A DNA stretch of 56,528 nucleotides, counting the filler, from Sluysia triapertura (taxonomy: Eukaryota), in NCBI GenBank assembly GCA_046118255.1. It is 4 parts of 4 records of this genome, joined end to end, with 100 filler letters (N's around TTAATTAATTAA, not from the genome) between each part and the next. Parts side by side here need not be neighbours in the genome. Positions count along the whole stretch, not along the records: positions 16,826 to 27,770 come from JBJNIA010191096.1; positions 27,871 to 44,261 come from JBJNIA010205149.1; 2 more parts are not named here. One strand, 5' to 3'. The notes beneath the pieces are model-generated. The model was not told the origin of the DNA. It saw nothing but the letters and a program-made list of their open reading frames with translations, and made no database searches. The translations under genes were made by a program, and so were the position numbers. This document shows positions 25,619-38,100 of this stretch, one piece after another; positions within the stretch are counted from its first letter, which is position 1; every line of letters starts with the position of its first letter.

Positions 25619-27770
25619 AGATATATAATATTTTTTGTTGTTCTTAAAAAGATTTCGTTGATTTCCAATGTGCATTATAGTGCCTTTAAATTTTTTTAGT
25701 TAATGAATACTTGAGTGTGTTGTATCAAAATCTTTGCAAATTGATGAGTACAAAGTACCTTAATTTTCGCCAACATTTTAATTATTATTATTATTATCAT
25801 TATTATTATTATTATTAAATTTTAATATTATTTTTTATTTTATTTTTAAAATTATGGTTATTATATTTATTATTATTCAGGCGTTAGTTTAAAGTGTTTA
25901 AATAATTAATTTAATAAAAGCACAACCGCCTATTTAATGTAGGACGTAAAATATATGGTTATCATACATTACATAGTTTAAAACTAATAAAATATCGAAC
26001 CATTTAAGAAAGGTTCCTAAAATCATATTTTTAGTTCTGTTTCATTAAAAGATATAAAATTAATCTGTAAATTAACCTCATTAACATGCGAGACAACCAC
26101 TCTTATAGAGTGTTGAATTCTAATTAAATTAATATTCCGAAGAATCCTTTCTATAATAAGATTTCTTTTATTAAATCCCGCAGATGAGCTTTCGCCTATA
26201 AGTATGGGATCAGAGGTTAACTCACTAACTTTATGTAATTTATTTATTCACGACATTAGGTCATTTACAACAGAACCGCAGCAGTATGAAGTGTTTAGGA
26301 TTTGATTTTGGGAATTACGATGACATTAACCTAAATAAAATAACGGAAAAATAAAGTAGAAAACTAATTTAATATCATAATAATATTAAATATTATGAAA
26401 ATTAAAAAAATTAAATAATCAATATAAATATTATACTTTCACTTTAATGTTCTTTGTTATCAGCTTTCGTTTACGGTATTAGTGTAAATCAATAAAAAAC
26501 ATCACAAATTAAACCGACATTGTAATACAAAATTTAAATATTTAACAGAAATAATCTTAAAGAAGCAATTTTATCAGTATTATCAATTAAATTTGGTGAT
26601 AAAGTAACTCTTATTTTTACCGACAATTAGTTTAACGATAGATATAATTGCAGCATGTTAGTAAAACTAATTTTTGATCTTAAAATTTATATTTATTTTA
26701 TTATCGAATATTTTTGTTAGATATTTTATATAATACAATCAAAAAATAAAAATTGTTAATTAACAATTAATATATTAGCTTTTTTCAAAGCTTTCAACAT
26801 ATAAATATGTACACGTGTCATTATTTACATATATATAACTATTTTTTATCGGATAAATCATCAATATAAAATTCATAATTAAATCAGTTATTTTTTAGAA
26901 TTTATCTAAATAAATTTTATTTATATAAATAATCAATATAGTATTTTTTATATCAGAATATGAAAATTATTTTTTAAAACATTTCCTACTAAAATAAAAA
27001 ATATGAAAAGCGAAACATTTGTTATTAATTAATTAATTAATTAGTCTTTGAGAATGCTAAATTTATTCACCCAGTGTTGAAACAACAGTCTAAATTCAGT
27101 TGAATAAAAATTATGCCGTAGCAATAGTATTAAAACTCGAATTGTATTTATATTACATTAATATATATAGTGCGACAAATAAATAGTTAATCTAATCTTT
27201 AAAAAAACTTATTTTATAATATAAATGAATTTAAATTTATTTTATTTTACTTACTTTGTTTGATTACCACGGCATTTTTTAAATTTGATACGTATGTAGT
27301 TAGTTATTTAAAATATACGAAAATCCATCAGTAAAATTTGTAATATAAACGAAATTCATGAAAATGTTAATGTAAACTAGATAAAAGTGGGTACTACAAG
27401 TTAGAAAGCTTAGAAGACATACTAGAGTTCATGATTTATAATATTACAGTAAGAGCATAGATTTATTTTCACATAATTTTCATTAAAGCTATTTCTGAAA
27501 TGGTGACTCTCTGGAAAAAATCTATAACTGTATATTATTGTTATATAATCTATACATATAATCTATACTTGTTTATCTATAATTAGTAAATAATTACTAA
27601 AATTAAAATTGATCGTAAACATTTTAAAATAACTCCACCTAGTATAGTTTCAAACTCAAATTATGTAGAATTACTTTTAAATTGATAGATATTTTAAGTT
27701 ATTTCTTTTATTAAAGGTGAAAATATGAAATTTTTATCAAGCTATGTTTACTGTACTCTTAAAAGAATAA

Positions 27771-27870
27771 NNNNNNNNNNNNNNNNNNNNNNNNNNNNNN
27801 NNNNNNNNNNNNNNTTAATTAATTAANNNNNNNNNNNNNNNNNNNNNNNNNNNNNNNNNNNNNNNNNNNN
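27771..27870. other. Artificial contig linker
   Basis: 44 N + TTAATTAATTAA + 44 N. Confidence 0.97.
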
Positions 27871-28173
27871 ATTTTTTTAATTTTCATTTTTGTGTAGCAT
27901 CCTGGCACTTTTAGATAATTCTCTAAAAATCATGTTGGCACTCAAAGAATTAATCAATTTTATACTCAAACAATTATACTTAAACAATTTCATAATATGC
28001 CTTAGTGAATTATTTTTGAGTGTGATATTTAGTAACAAAAGATTCATTTAACGAATATATCATAAGATTATAAATTATTTTGAATAAAAAGTTTTTCCGA
28101 ATTCGTAAAATCACAACTAATCAAAAATCAATTTAACAGGATTTATCGTAAACTTAACATTTATAAACTTAAC

Positions 28174-28636
28174 ATTGATAATTTTATTTATTGAATTTAT
28201 GAAATTTCTTGGATAAGTTACTTATTATAAAAGTATGTTATTTTGAATTTTTATTTATATTTTATTTTTAATTTGAATTATTTTGTGTTCAATTATTTTT
28301 AAATTCATCTGAGCAATCAAGCCTTAATAATTAAGAAAAATTTTGACATCCATTTAAAGATTTTTCATTCAAATCCAGGGCTACTAACTGGTTAGCTTAG
28401 TACTTTAGTGGACTCACTGTAAGAAAATTTTTTATTCCGTATTCATTGTTGAATGAACTTTATTTGAATTGATAATAATTTATTCATAATAATTGATAAT
28501 TTTATTTTATTCATAATAACTATAAATTGATAATTTTATTTATTGAATTTATGAAATTTCTTGGATTAGTTACTTATTATAAAAGTATGTTATGTTGAAT
28601 TTTTATTTATATTTTATTTTTAATTTGAATTATTTT
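28174..28636. repeat. ~110-bp direct repeats (28174-28284 and 28526-28636) flanking a spacer that holds a hairpin-repeat copy
   Basis: ATTGATAATTTTATTTATTGAATTTATGAAATTTCTTGGAT(A/T)AGTTACTTATTATAAAAGTATGTTAT... occurs twice, nearly identical. Confidence 0.85.
28372..28437 (+). repeat. Short dispersed hairpin repeat, degenerate copy
   Basis: AATCCAGGG...CTGGTTAGCTTAGTACTTTAGTGGACTCAC...TTTTATTC. Confidence 0.6.
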
Positions 28637-29495
28637 TAATTATTAATTTTCAATTTTAAAATCAACGTGACTATATAAAAATTATTTAAAAATTTTAATT
28701 TGTTTTGATAATTTAAATAATTTTTGTTTTAATCTGACCTCTCAAGGCCAGATTAAAACATTATATAAACCAGAACATTTTAACACAAATCACACAACAG
28801 ACAACCAAAAAATTTACTTATAAATTTTATTAACAAAATTTTCAAAGATATTCATTGGTTTAATAACTCTAGGACAATTGGAAATTCGTTTATTAATATC
28901 ACATTTGTCAAAAATAGTCACGTTAGATTGATTTAAATTTAAGCAATCGATATTATTATATCTAAGTAAAATATACGTAAATTTCATTTAATTATTTAGA
29001 CCATATAAAGGTCTCAAGTAAAATTTGATTCTTAAATTATAAAGAGAGTATAGCTAGTTATACCTAGCTATTGTAAAATCATCATAAATCTGTAATTAAT
29101 TTTTATTTATTTTATCTTTGTAAAGACGTTATTTATTTAAATAAATTGTTAGTTAAACTATTATTTATAATTTTTTGATATAAAATTATTTAAAATACAT
29201 TAAAGAAGATTTCCCATACTAGAATATAATTTCTAGAAAGTAAAATTATTGAATTCAATCCTATATAACAGGATTTGGTAATTTTCATCAATAAATATTT
29301 GAGTAATTTATTTTTAAAATTTTGAATAATATTCAACAACATATAAGCGAAACAAACTTAAGACGTACAATTGATATTAAATTTTTCCTTTGATCTTATA
29401 AGTAACAAGATAACAGACAACTCCAGAAGTGAGACAGATAAGTATAAGTTATAGGATTAACGTTAATTAAGCAAATCTTTCATTTTATATAGCAA

Positions 29496-29571
29496 AATCC
29501 AACGGCTGGCCCTCGCTGGTAAGTCCAGTACGTTGGTGAACTCACAATAAGTTTTTCATTTCTTTTTATTC
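29496..29571 (+). repeat. Short dispersed hairpin repeat, best-preserved copy
   Basis: AATCCAACGGCTGGCCCTCGCTGGTAAGTCCAGTACGTTGGTGAACTCAC...TTTTATTC. Confidence 0.75.
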
Positions 29572-29667
29572 TCATTCTCACAAATTCATGATTTATTAAT
29601 TCAAGTGGTTTTATCAATTTTTTAATATAAACGAACGTAAAAATTATGTGTTAGCAAAACAACTAAC

Positions 29668-29827
29668 TTTCAGGATCATCAATGATTTCAGGTTGGTCAA
29701 CACTTGTATTTGCATTTATTTCAAGTAATCCCGCATTATTTTGTGATTCTTTTAATATTATTCTTGAAACTGATTTTTTAAAAAATGTTTTACTGTCAAA
29801 ACTCGAAGGGGACTTGAATTTTTTACT
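29668..29827 (-). CDS. WDFY3: WDFY3/ALFY exon
   Basis: TGTAG acceptor, phase 0; SKKFKSPSSFDSKTFFKK matches WDFY3 AVSYDSKEYY; GTTAGT donor. Confidence 0.7.
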
Positions 29828-31126
29828 CTACAATATATGATATAATGTGTTAAAATAAAAATAATTTATAAAAATTTATAATTTTTCCTTTTAATTCCTT
29901 TTAAAATTGTGACATTATACAATTACAAAAAAATCAAATCTAAATTTCAAATAAACTTAAAACAGCTCAATGATCTTAACTCACAACTGGCCGCTAAAAA
30001 TTCTTAATCGACTGTTTGATGGCAACACAAACAAAGTTATTCTGTCAAAAAACCTACTTCTACGTTAGCGGCTTCTGGGTTTCGAATAAAAAATGTCGTG
30101 TTACTGCGTCAACGTCCAATAATGAGTTGAAGTACATTTATATTTATAAAAAATTACATCCGAAAATATATTAGTGGCCTTAAATTAAACATCACAATAT
30201 AACCTAAAATCAAAAATAAATGAAAAATAAAAGTGAAACTCAAGAAACAAATATGAATGTAATCAATTAGCAAGTCTATAATTTTACGAATCAAATAACA
30301 TCAGAATAATAATAACTTAAAATTTTATTTAAAAGGTAATGGCAAAAAGAAGACAAATAAATAACTTGAAAGTAAATGTGTAAAAGTAAAAGTAATATGG
30401 CCAAAATAGTATAACACAAAATTAAATAATAAATAAATAAAATTAAGATACAAAGAAAAAAAATTAAAAGTATTATTTCTTTAACAAGTGCTTTGTAGGA
30501 TAAATATTTTAAAAATTTATTTATAGTCAATAGTAAATTTGAATATTTATTTTAGACCTGATTTACATAAATTAAAATCTAACCTAAATACAGACAACGA
30601 AAAATGATATATATTTATATTTTATATTTAAAAGTGCAATTAATTTTTTTTGGTGAAAATCTTTATTTTAAAAATCTAAATTTATTTTAGAAAGAAACAA
30701 GTAAACATTATGTGAAAATAAAGTAGATATATAAAATACTATCTTGGCTATAAATCTTGCTTTTATTAAAAAAATGAATGCGCGATTTCATTCAGAACAA
30801 TATATGTAAAAATAGTAATGCTACTTATTTAACTCTTCAACTGCAGGCAACGTGAAATTGATAAAAATTCATATTTTAAAAAATTGTTTCCTTTTTATAT
30901 TTTTATTTTATGTTTGACGAAAGTATGCAATAATGTCCGATTTTATTGAATAATCAACAATTTGCTCATAGTTAGGGGTTAAAAATTAAATTATAGAATG
31001 CATTGCTATTATAGTACAATCATTTACACAAGTAAATAATATTTGTTCAAAATATTTTAATTATTTATATAAAATTTATATAATAATCTTCAAGAATAAT
31101 TAATAAAAAATATTAAAAATACTAAC

Positions 31127-31360
31127 ACTATATGTACAATCACTATTATCTTGAGAATTTCTTCTATAAGGATAATGAGTATAAAAAAGATGATTTGGAA
31201 TCATTTTCTTTCTCATTCGACAAGGTCCTTCTGAAGAATCCAACATCCATTTATTCAAAGGGTTTGAAGTAAGTGGACCCCATATACCTCTTTCTCGTGT
31301 CAATTCAATTTCGACGCGTTTCCATTTATTTTGAAAAAAATGAAGCATGAAAGTACTTTT
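31127..31360 (-). CDS. WDFY3: WDFY3/ALFY exon (conserved block upstream of PH-BEACH)
   Basis: WKRVEIELTRERGIWGPLTSNPLNKWMLDSSEGPCRMRKKMIPNHLFYTHYPY is close to WDFY3 ELLRERGLWGP..LDKWMLEMTEGPCRMRKKM..FYNHYPY; GT-AG boundaries. Confidence 0.92.
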
Positions 31361-31395
31361 CTTAAGTAATTAAATTAAAACAAATTAAATGGTAC

Positions 31396-31473
31396 TTTAA
31401 TAAATTCGTTTTTATAAAACTCTGAAAGTTCTTTAACAACTGAAATATGAGGTGGAATCCACAATTTAGAATC
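31396..31473 (-). CDS. WDFY3: WDFY3/ALFY 78-nt exon between two 35-nt introns
   Basis: DSKLWIPPHISVVKELSEFYKNEFIK matches WMFTHIAVVRDLV. Introns 31474-31508 and 31361-31395 are GT..AG and preserve frame. Confidence 0.85.
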
Positions 31474-31508
31474 CTATTATTTAAGTTATTGTTAATATTT
31501 AATATTAC

Positions 31509-31901
31509 TTCTAATGATACCGAAGAATGAAAGCGCGTAGCACTTATACTAGGAAAAGTTTTTTCAGTGCCTGCTGTTTGAGAACTGCTTAGAGAATTAT
31601 GACTAGATGAGATGCTTCCCAGCTTACCGAGAACAGATACACGCGAAAGTTTATTGAATTTCTGTGAAATTTGTTGCAAACCAATTCCACTTGAATTAGA
31701 ATTACTTATAGAAGAACATATTGGTAAAGAAATACGGCCCCAATTTTGATTATAAATATTTTCAATTATACCAGGACTTGAACCAGTTTTAATTTCAGAT
31801 TCTAAGTAAGTATTCCAAATTCGAGTACAACAATTTTCAATATTATTACTTACAGATAATAAATTCGAAGATAATTGAATCTTTACAACATCTTCTAAAG
31901 T
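31509..31901 (-). CDS. WDFY3: WDFY3/ALFY exon
   Basis: TTTCAG acceptor; TLEDVVKIQL..IENCCTRIWNTYLESE..KLSRVS matches the TLED..K / IEEAALKCWQNHL / KLSRVS blocks. Confidence 0.85.
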
Positions 31902-31911
31902 CTGAAATTAC

Positions 31912-31913
<2 letters not shown>

Positions 31914-31990
<77 letters not shown>
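31914..31990. repeat. (AAT)n microsatellite
   Basis: Directly visible, about 25 units. Confidence 0.95.
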
Positions 31991-31991
<1 letters not shown>

Positions 31992-33298
31992 GTATAATTG
32001 ACCCTAATGAAAATAAATTATTATCATGGGATAATAGCTCAGTAGTAGTCAGAACATCAGATGCACATCAAGAAGATACTAAGTTGGAGTTCCAATCAGT
32101 ATATTTTCTGAAGTCTAATATATTCTAATATTTTGTAGTGAAGTAATGTAGCTTAATTACAAAATGAATATTTATTTAAATTAAATAAGAAACCACTCAA
32201 TAACTCTGATTCTCTCAGAAACGCAAAAAAATATGAAAATTGAAAAAAAACTACCTAAAAGACACTTCAAATAAAAGAAAATGGAGTGGTATAATTAGAA
32301 TGGATATACCATACTTAATTAGCTAGAAAGTGTAACTGAGACACGTAATCTTTGTAGAATAGAATTAAGAACAAGTACTACCATTGTATGGTATAAAGTG
32401 ACCATGCAATTATAATATATAGAATATATTATATAAATTTAATTATAGAGAAAAAATTGGTTATATAGTGAAATTAATTATAAAGAAAAATTAATAAAGT
32501 TGAAAAAATTTTTGGCCTTAGTATAGTGTCCGTGAAAAAAATTATATAAGGTAGTATTTTCTCTCCAATCGCACATCAACAATAACAAAGTATTATAATA
32601 TTTCCTATAAGAAAATTATTATTTCGTGAACAAATGTATTTATAGTTGTGAAGAAACAGAACTTGCCGGGTAAGTATAATATCAATATTAAAATATGTTA
32701 AAGGTTCCTTTTCAAATTTGTGCTTTAAAACTATATATTTTAGGGAATAGAACTTAATTCAACTACGTTTCTATTTTTTTAAGTAATAAATAAATAAATA
32801 AATAATTTTTTAAAAGTAATTTTATTCGCATTTCCATTTCTAACATCAAGAACGAATTAAATTCAGAATTTCACAGATAACGATAATTTAGGATAAAAAG
32901 TAAAAAATATTGTGTATCATTTGAGAAGCTTATATTTGTGCAAATAATTGTAAAGTACGAATAATTGTAAAGTGGTTAAGTATCTTTGATTATTGACAAA
33001 CAAACTAATTTTAAAATTTTATAATTCATAATAATAAAATAATAAGTTAAAATATTTATTACAATTTTAAACAATAAAGATATGGCTAAACTAATTGTTC
33101 ATTGATTGATAAATTAATAATTTAGATTTGAATAATATATTCTACTAAAATATTTTTTAATACAACTTTTTTTGGTTATATTAATTTCTAAAATGCCAGC
33201 ACAAATTATTCTACAACTTCAATCTCACGGCAAACAAGAACCGAAAATCATTATGATTTTTAACAATTCAGTTAAAAAATTAGATCAAAGTAAAGTAC

Positions 33299-33470
33299 CT
33301 TATAATAACAGAATCTGTTAAGCAAAATTCAACAATGAAACCACTAAATGTTATTTGTCTACTTATTATTCCAACATCATTTAACAGTGAAAAACAGTCA
33401 AATATACGATTATCAATTTTAGCAGTTGTAATTACTGTTGCTTCCTCGGTCGGCCTCTGACCAAATAGAG
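33299..33470 (-). CDS. GNPTAB: GNPTAB-like exon 6 (tentative)
   Basis: CTTAG acceptor and GTACTT donor. TEEATVITT..VGIISRQITFSGFIVEFCL loosely parallels YSEASVALL..MTIDGKELTISPAYLLWDL. Confidence 0.5.
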
Positions 33471-34243
33471 CTAAGTGATAAAAACAATATAAATTGCACA
33501 GGGCCTTCAATTCGGATTATAGAAATAATGTCAAAGTATCATATTCAATGTAAATTATATTGTTGCATAAAACTAAGTCATTGCTAACTGTATTCTCCAA
33601 ATAACTAGTGATTATTGTAAATTTCAGAAACATTTTCATAAATACAAAATCAATCTTAACAAGATCACAGTTTTCTTTACATCTTCAATTATCATACTTT
33701 GGAATTTACCAACGAAATAGTATTCAGCACTACATTTATTCATGACTCACCAGCAGATCTTTTACGTGTTGATAACTAATTCCTTTCTCGATCCACGGAC
33801 CCTTTTCTAGAGAATATCTTCTCAACACTAACCGTCCCTCCCAGAAGCCCTGTTTCCAAGTCCATTTCATATTTTTCTATATTTCTTAAATTTTCATATT
33901 TCTTAAATTTTGTTATCTGGCCTACATTTGGGTTTCGGAATGTTAAAGAAAATTGAGAATTATTTAAATAAAAATTTGTTTAATATAAATTATGTATTAT
34001 CCGATCTGTAAACATGTTAAATTTTCTATAAATTGTATATTATCTATAAAAAATAAAAATACATGTATAACGAGAATTATCTCGATAAAATTATATATTT
34101 TATACGTTACCGATGTAAACTATTTACTTATCAAAACAATTATTCTTATTTATCAATTCATTGATAATTTTTGAATAGAAATTTTATCAGTTAATTTTAA
34201 ATTAAAAAATATTTATTATAAAATAATTTATTTTTAATTATTA

Positions 34244-35298
34244 CAAAATATAAAATTTTTGATTAGGAAATATAAAAATAATCTCCGGAACCAAACAATA
34301 TCAAAAAGTTGCCGTAATATTTAAATAAACTGCGATCTGTTGATTCATAGCATCAAATAATCTCTCATCTTGTTATAAAATGGAATTAATTTTCGTTATG
34401 GCTTCTCAACACTTTATCAACAGCATTCTGAATTTCGGTTGCATTTGTTGGACTAGGTCTGATGGCCTTATATCTAATCTTAATTACTCCAAAAATTCCC
34501 TTAATTGGATTCATTTGTGGTGTATAAAGTGAATGAATTTATAAACAATATAACTGGAATAGGCAGTTATCCATAATCAATAAATAGTCATGGTGACTAT
34601 TGAAGAATGGGAGTAGCTTGGATACATTGAAGTGCTTGAACTTAACTCCATCGTAAGCACCGTTTACCATTTCACAGCAGACAACACTTTGACAGCCAAT
34701 AGCATATTTTAGGCTTTGTGATACCCCTTTATTGGCTTTGACTTGTACAAAAGCCTTTGTATTCCTTTGAGAATATCCATAAGATATTAAAACCAGTTTC
34801 ATCAAGAAATATTAATTTCTCGATTGAGAAACTAAGAATATCCCTGCAGTAGTTGTAACGGAAATTCACTGTTCTTTCCGTGTTTCTTTCAATAGAAACT
34901 AGAGACAGCACCTTGATTTCATTACATGAAAAGGATTGACTTCTAATCACGCCATCACTCTCGAGAGCCTTAACAATGCCTCTTTGAGTAATCGCATTAT
35001 CATTGCTGATAATAGATGCGATTTTGGATCTTATCTCAACATTTTTAGTATGTTTCCTTCGTTTTTGCGAGATAATTTCATTACCAGATAGACCCTTATA
35101 CATCTTCATGGCTAAAGACCTTACGCAAGAGATAAAAATGTTCAGAGATGCAGCGATGGACTTGTTGTCGTTGCCTGCATCTAGATGACTCCTTACGACT
35201 TTCAACAGTTGAGTGGTTACAGTCGTATGTGAATTTTGCATTTTTTATATATTTTTATAAAATGTTTTATATTTCCTAATCAAAAATTTCATATTTTG
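34244..35298 (-). mobile_element. IS630-Tc1 family DNA transposon (DDE_3-type), frameshifted, inside a GNPTAB-like intron
   Basis: Inverted repeats 34241-34277 and 35265-35301 (37 bp, one mismatch) with TA at both ends. Transposase motifs LIFLDETGFN, LLIMDNC and YTPQMNPIK; N-terminal HTH NKSIAASLNIFISCV. Confidence 0.9.
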
Positions 35299-35484
35299 TA
35301 AACACAAGTTTTATATTTCGTAATAACACTAATACAAAGTATATTATTTATTGATATATGCTATATATATTATAAATTAAAACAAAAATACATTTTGAAT
35401 AATAATAATAATAAAAATAATATTTGAAACTGCTTAAAATTACTGCACTATAATAACTTATACTAACTACAGTCACATAATAAC

Positions 35485-35611
35485 CCATTTTTATTTGTTT
35501 TTGAATATCATTAATTAAATGATTCTCGGACACACTGTCTCGCATTTCTGGAAAACCGGATACAATTACAGAACTTTTTAACGGAATGCCTATTCGTTCA
35601 GATCCTTCAGT
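35485..35611 (-). CDS. GNPTAB: GNPTAB-like exon 5 (donor position uncertain, ~35464-35485)
   Basis: TTTAG acceptor; TEGSERIGIPFKSSVIVSGFPEM matches [22 protein letters not shown]. Confidence 0.65.
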
Positions 35612-37411
35612 CTAAATAAAACTTAATTTTTGATCGAGTATTTTAACATTTTTATAAACTTAAAATATTCAACATTTGTTTGGTGGTAAATAAAGTAGCA
35701 CTAAATGTTCATGGGTGAACGACTATTATTTTTAAAACAACCTAACAGCTCTAGGATCAATATGATTTTCATTATTCCATAATTTCTATCATTATGTGTT
35801 CGAAAAGCCAATAATTTTACTCAAACTGTTTATTTATAACCAATTGCTGGAAAATTGACACTAAATAATGTGGCTATTATCCGTGAAATAATAAACTTAA
35901 TTTGTTTCGAACAGCACTTATAAATCTTTTATATTTTAAAGATTACTTAACGAATTTCTTTTGAAATCACATATAAATTTTGTGTTCATAGTTCATATTA
36001 TAATATTCAGTTGTATCATGCATCATTTTGGAAAAAATTTTTGGAACATTTCTTCATATCCACATTTATGTTGAAGGTCCTGTTTCTTGAACCTTTGACC
36101 AAAACAAATAAAAGTCCAAAAGAACAAAATCTAAACTCTAATACAGGTATGAAATTAACTCAAATCCATCAAGATTATTTATTGTTCAATTTTTATCGGT
36201 ACTTGAGTTGCTGCTTAATAATTATCGCAAAATCCCGATTATTGGCCGCACATTATAAATTTCTTTAAAACGATCTTTATCCATGGAAACATAAACTTAG
36301 ATATATCAGTTTAATGATTCTTTTTAACTTTATAAAGGTCACCCTATTAAATCTCTATTTAAAAACCATGTTAAACTTCACTTTTCACAAACTAAAGTTG
36401 TTTTTTTCTGTTGTTTAAAATCCTGTGTACAAGCCGCAATAAAGATTTTTTAAAAAACCACTTTTTTCATAGATAATATTTTTCACATTTACAATTTACA
36501 ATCAGGAATCAATTCGAATTTAATTATTTCTTCACAATTTCACTAAAAGTTGACATACCTCACTTTTAACTATTATTTTCCACATTTTTTGTTACGATAA
36601 TATAATCCTTTACAAAAAGTTTATACCATTAGAGTATTCCATGAAATATTTTAAAATATGTAATTTGTATGTAATTGTTTTACCTAACAATTTCAAACTT
36701 TGAAATTCGAACATTTTGAACTAAATTTGTTTCGAAACATATCTTTATAGCATCGTTAGATCAAGATTTTAACTTTGATAGTGTCAGAGCCTTCTACTTC
36801 AATTATTATTCCACATATATTTGCTACTGTGACTCCTTTATTCTAATAATGTTGAAACAATCCACACATTACAGCTTTTAAACCTCCACTTTATTGGAAC
36901 TTTAAAATTTCTATGAAATCAAACAGTTGAAGCATTAAAACAATATGGAACACCGTTCTTAGAATCTTATATTATTTTCAAGACTATTGAATACTTTTTC
37001 ACGTTTTCATATAATACATCCACAATATTTATTATTAAATTTCAGTTTTACATATTTTCAAAAAAATTGAATTATTTATTTTCGGATGTTACTAAATTTT
37101 CTCATTTTTCGTTGCAAAGTTTGTTGAAAGAAGATACGACAAATTTCTCAAATATTGCACTAAAAACTAATTAGATGAATTTTCTTAATTTTGGTTATTT
37201 TTATTTTTATATTTTATGTTATATTTATTTTAGAATAATGGTTTTCCAAAAATTGTAAAAAACTAATAATAATTTTTTAATCAGATGTACCCTTTAGATG
37301 GTACGCAGAATTTATATATGAATATTATATAAGGATTGTTTAATAACTATAAAAAAAGAATATCTCACAATTTTCAAGATTAATTTTATAAGAATTATAT
37401 AAAAATCTAAC

Positions 37412-37488
37412 AATAAAAACTTGAGAAATTGTTATATTTTTTTTATATTTTGTTTCAAATTTCACTTCCGATGTATTGAGAAAAATTT
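37412..37488 (-). CDS. GNPTAB: GNPTAB-like exon 4
   Basis: Follows a 34-nt GT-AG intron (37489-37522). KIFLNTSEVKFETKYKKNITISQVFI ends in phase 0 at GTTAGA, compatible with the next exon. Confidence 0.55.
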
Positions 37489-37522
37489 CTACGAATATTT
37501 AATTTATAAAACCAAAAAATAC

Positions 37523-37719
37523 TTGCAAAATTTCCAGTACAATTAAATATAACACCACTTTTTCTGGAAATGTTTGTTTTTACAATTTTAATTTGCTCTA
37601 AACATTGAACAGTTTCATTGATTTTATTTGACAGATAAGTTTCAATTTCGATTCGATTTCCATTATTTGAAACTAATAAATGATTGATAAAAAAACAATT
37701 TTTCAATGAACATGATTTA
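37523..37719 (-). CDS. GNPTAB: GNPTAB-like exon 3
   Basis: TGTAG acceptor, phase 2 matching exon 2; KSCSLKNCFFINHLLV parallels ECLLTHCIKVPMLV. Confidence 0.65.
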
Positions 37720-37830
37720 CTACAAAAAATATCGATAAATTAAAGTAAACTTTTCTTACATTTTTATGTCATTGTTTTTATTAACAATTCTATAATTTTC
37801 GTAAGACTTCAAATTATAAAAATGTATTAC

Positions 37831-37973
37831 TTATCTAAGTGTAAATTAAGTTTGTAGTAATTAAGTTGATTAATTAAACTTTGGTCCGAACCATTTACCC
37901 ATGTATAAACTATATCAATTGGATATGGATAATTTCTCAGCTTCTTAATATACCTAGACTGATATTGTAAATT
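37831..37973 (-). CDS. GNPTAB: GNPTAB-like exon 2 with Stealth CR1 motif
   Basis: NLQYQSRYIKKLRNYPYPIDIVYTWVNGSDQSLINQL contains the Stealth CR1 signature PIDxVYTWVNGxD; GT-AG boundaries. Missed by the ORF track. Confidence 0.9.
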
Positions 37974-38013
37974 CTAATAATTAAAATATAATTAATAAAT
38001 ATGTATAACTTAC

Positions 38014-38100
38014 ATCTTTTGTAAATAATAAAATCATCAATAAGCATATTAATATGAATGATATTAAATTTAAAACTTTCTTAAATAATTCCGAACTCAT
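38014..38100 (-). CDS. GNPTAB: GNPTAB-like exon 1 (start codon + N-terminal TM)
   Basis: ATG 38100 is preceded by an in-frame stop. MSSELFKKVLNLISFILICLLMILLFTKD, then a GTAAGT donor and a 40-nt intron in frame with the CR1 exon. Confidence 0.8.

Noticed and set aside
31991-32128. Short plus-strand frame GIIDPNENKLLSWDNSSVVVRT after the microsatellite
   Set aside because: Under 50 codons, no start or splice support and no recognised homology.
33790-33850. LRRYSLEKGPW on the minus strand as the Stealth CR2 exon
   Set aside because: Wrong order relative to exon 6, poor match to ELRYSLRSIE..APW and no fitting splice sites.
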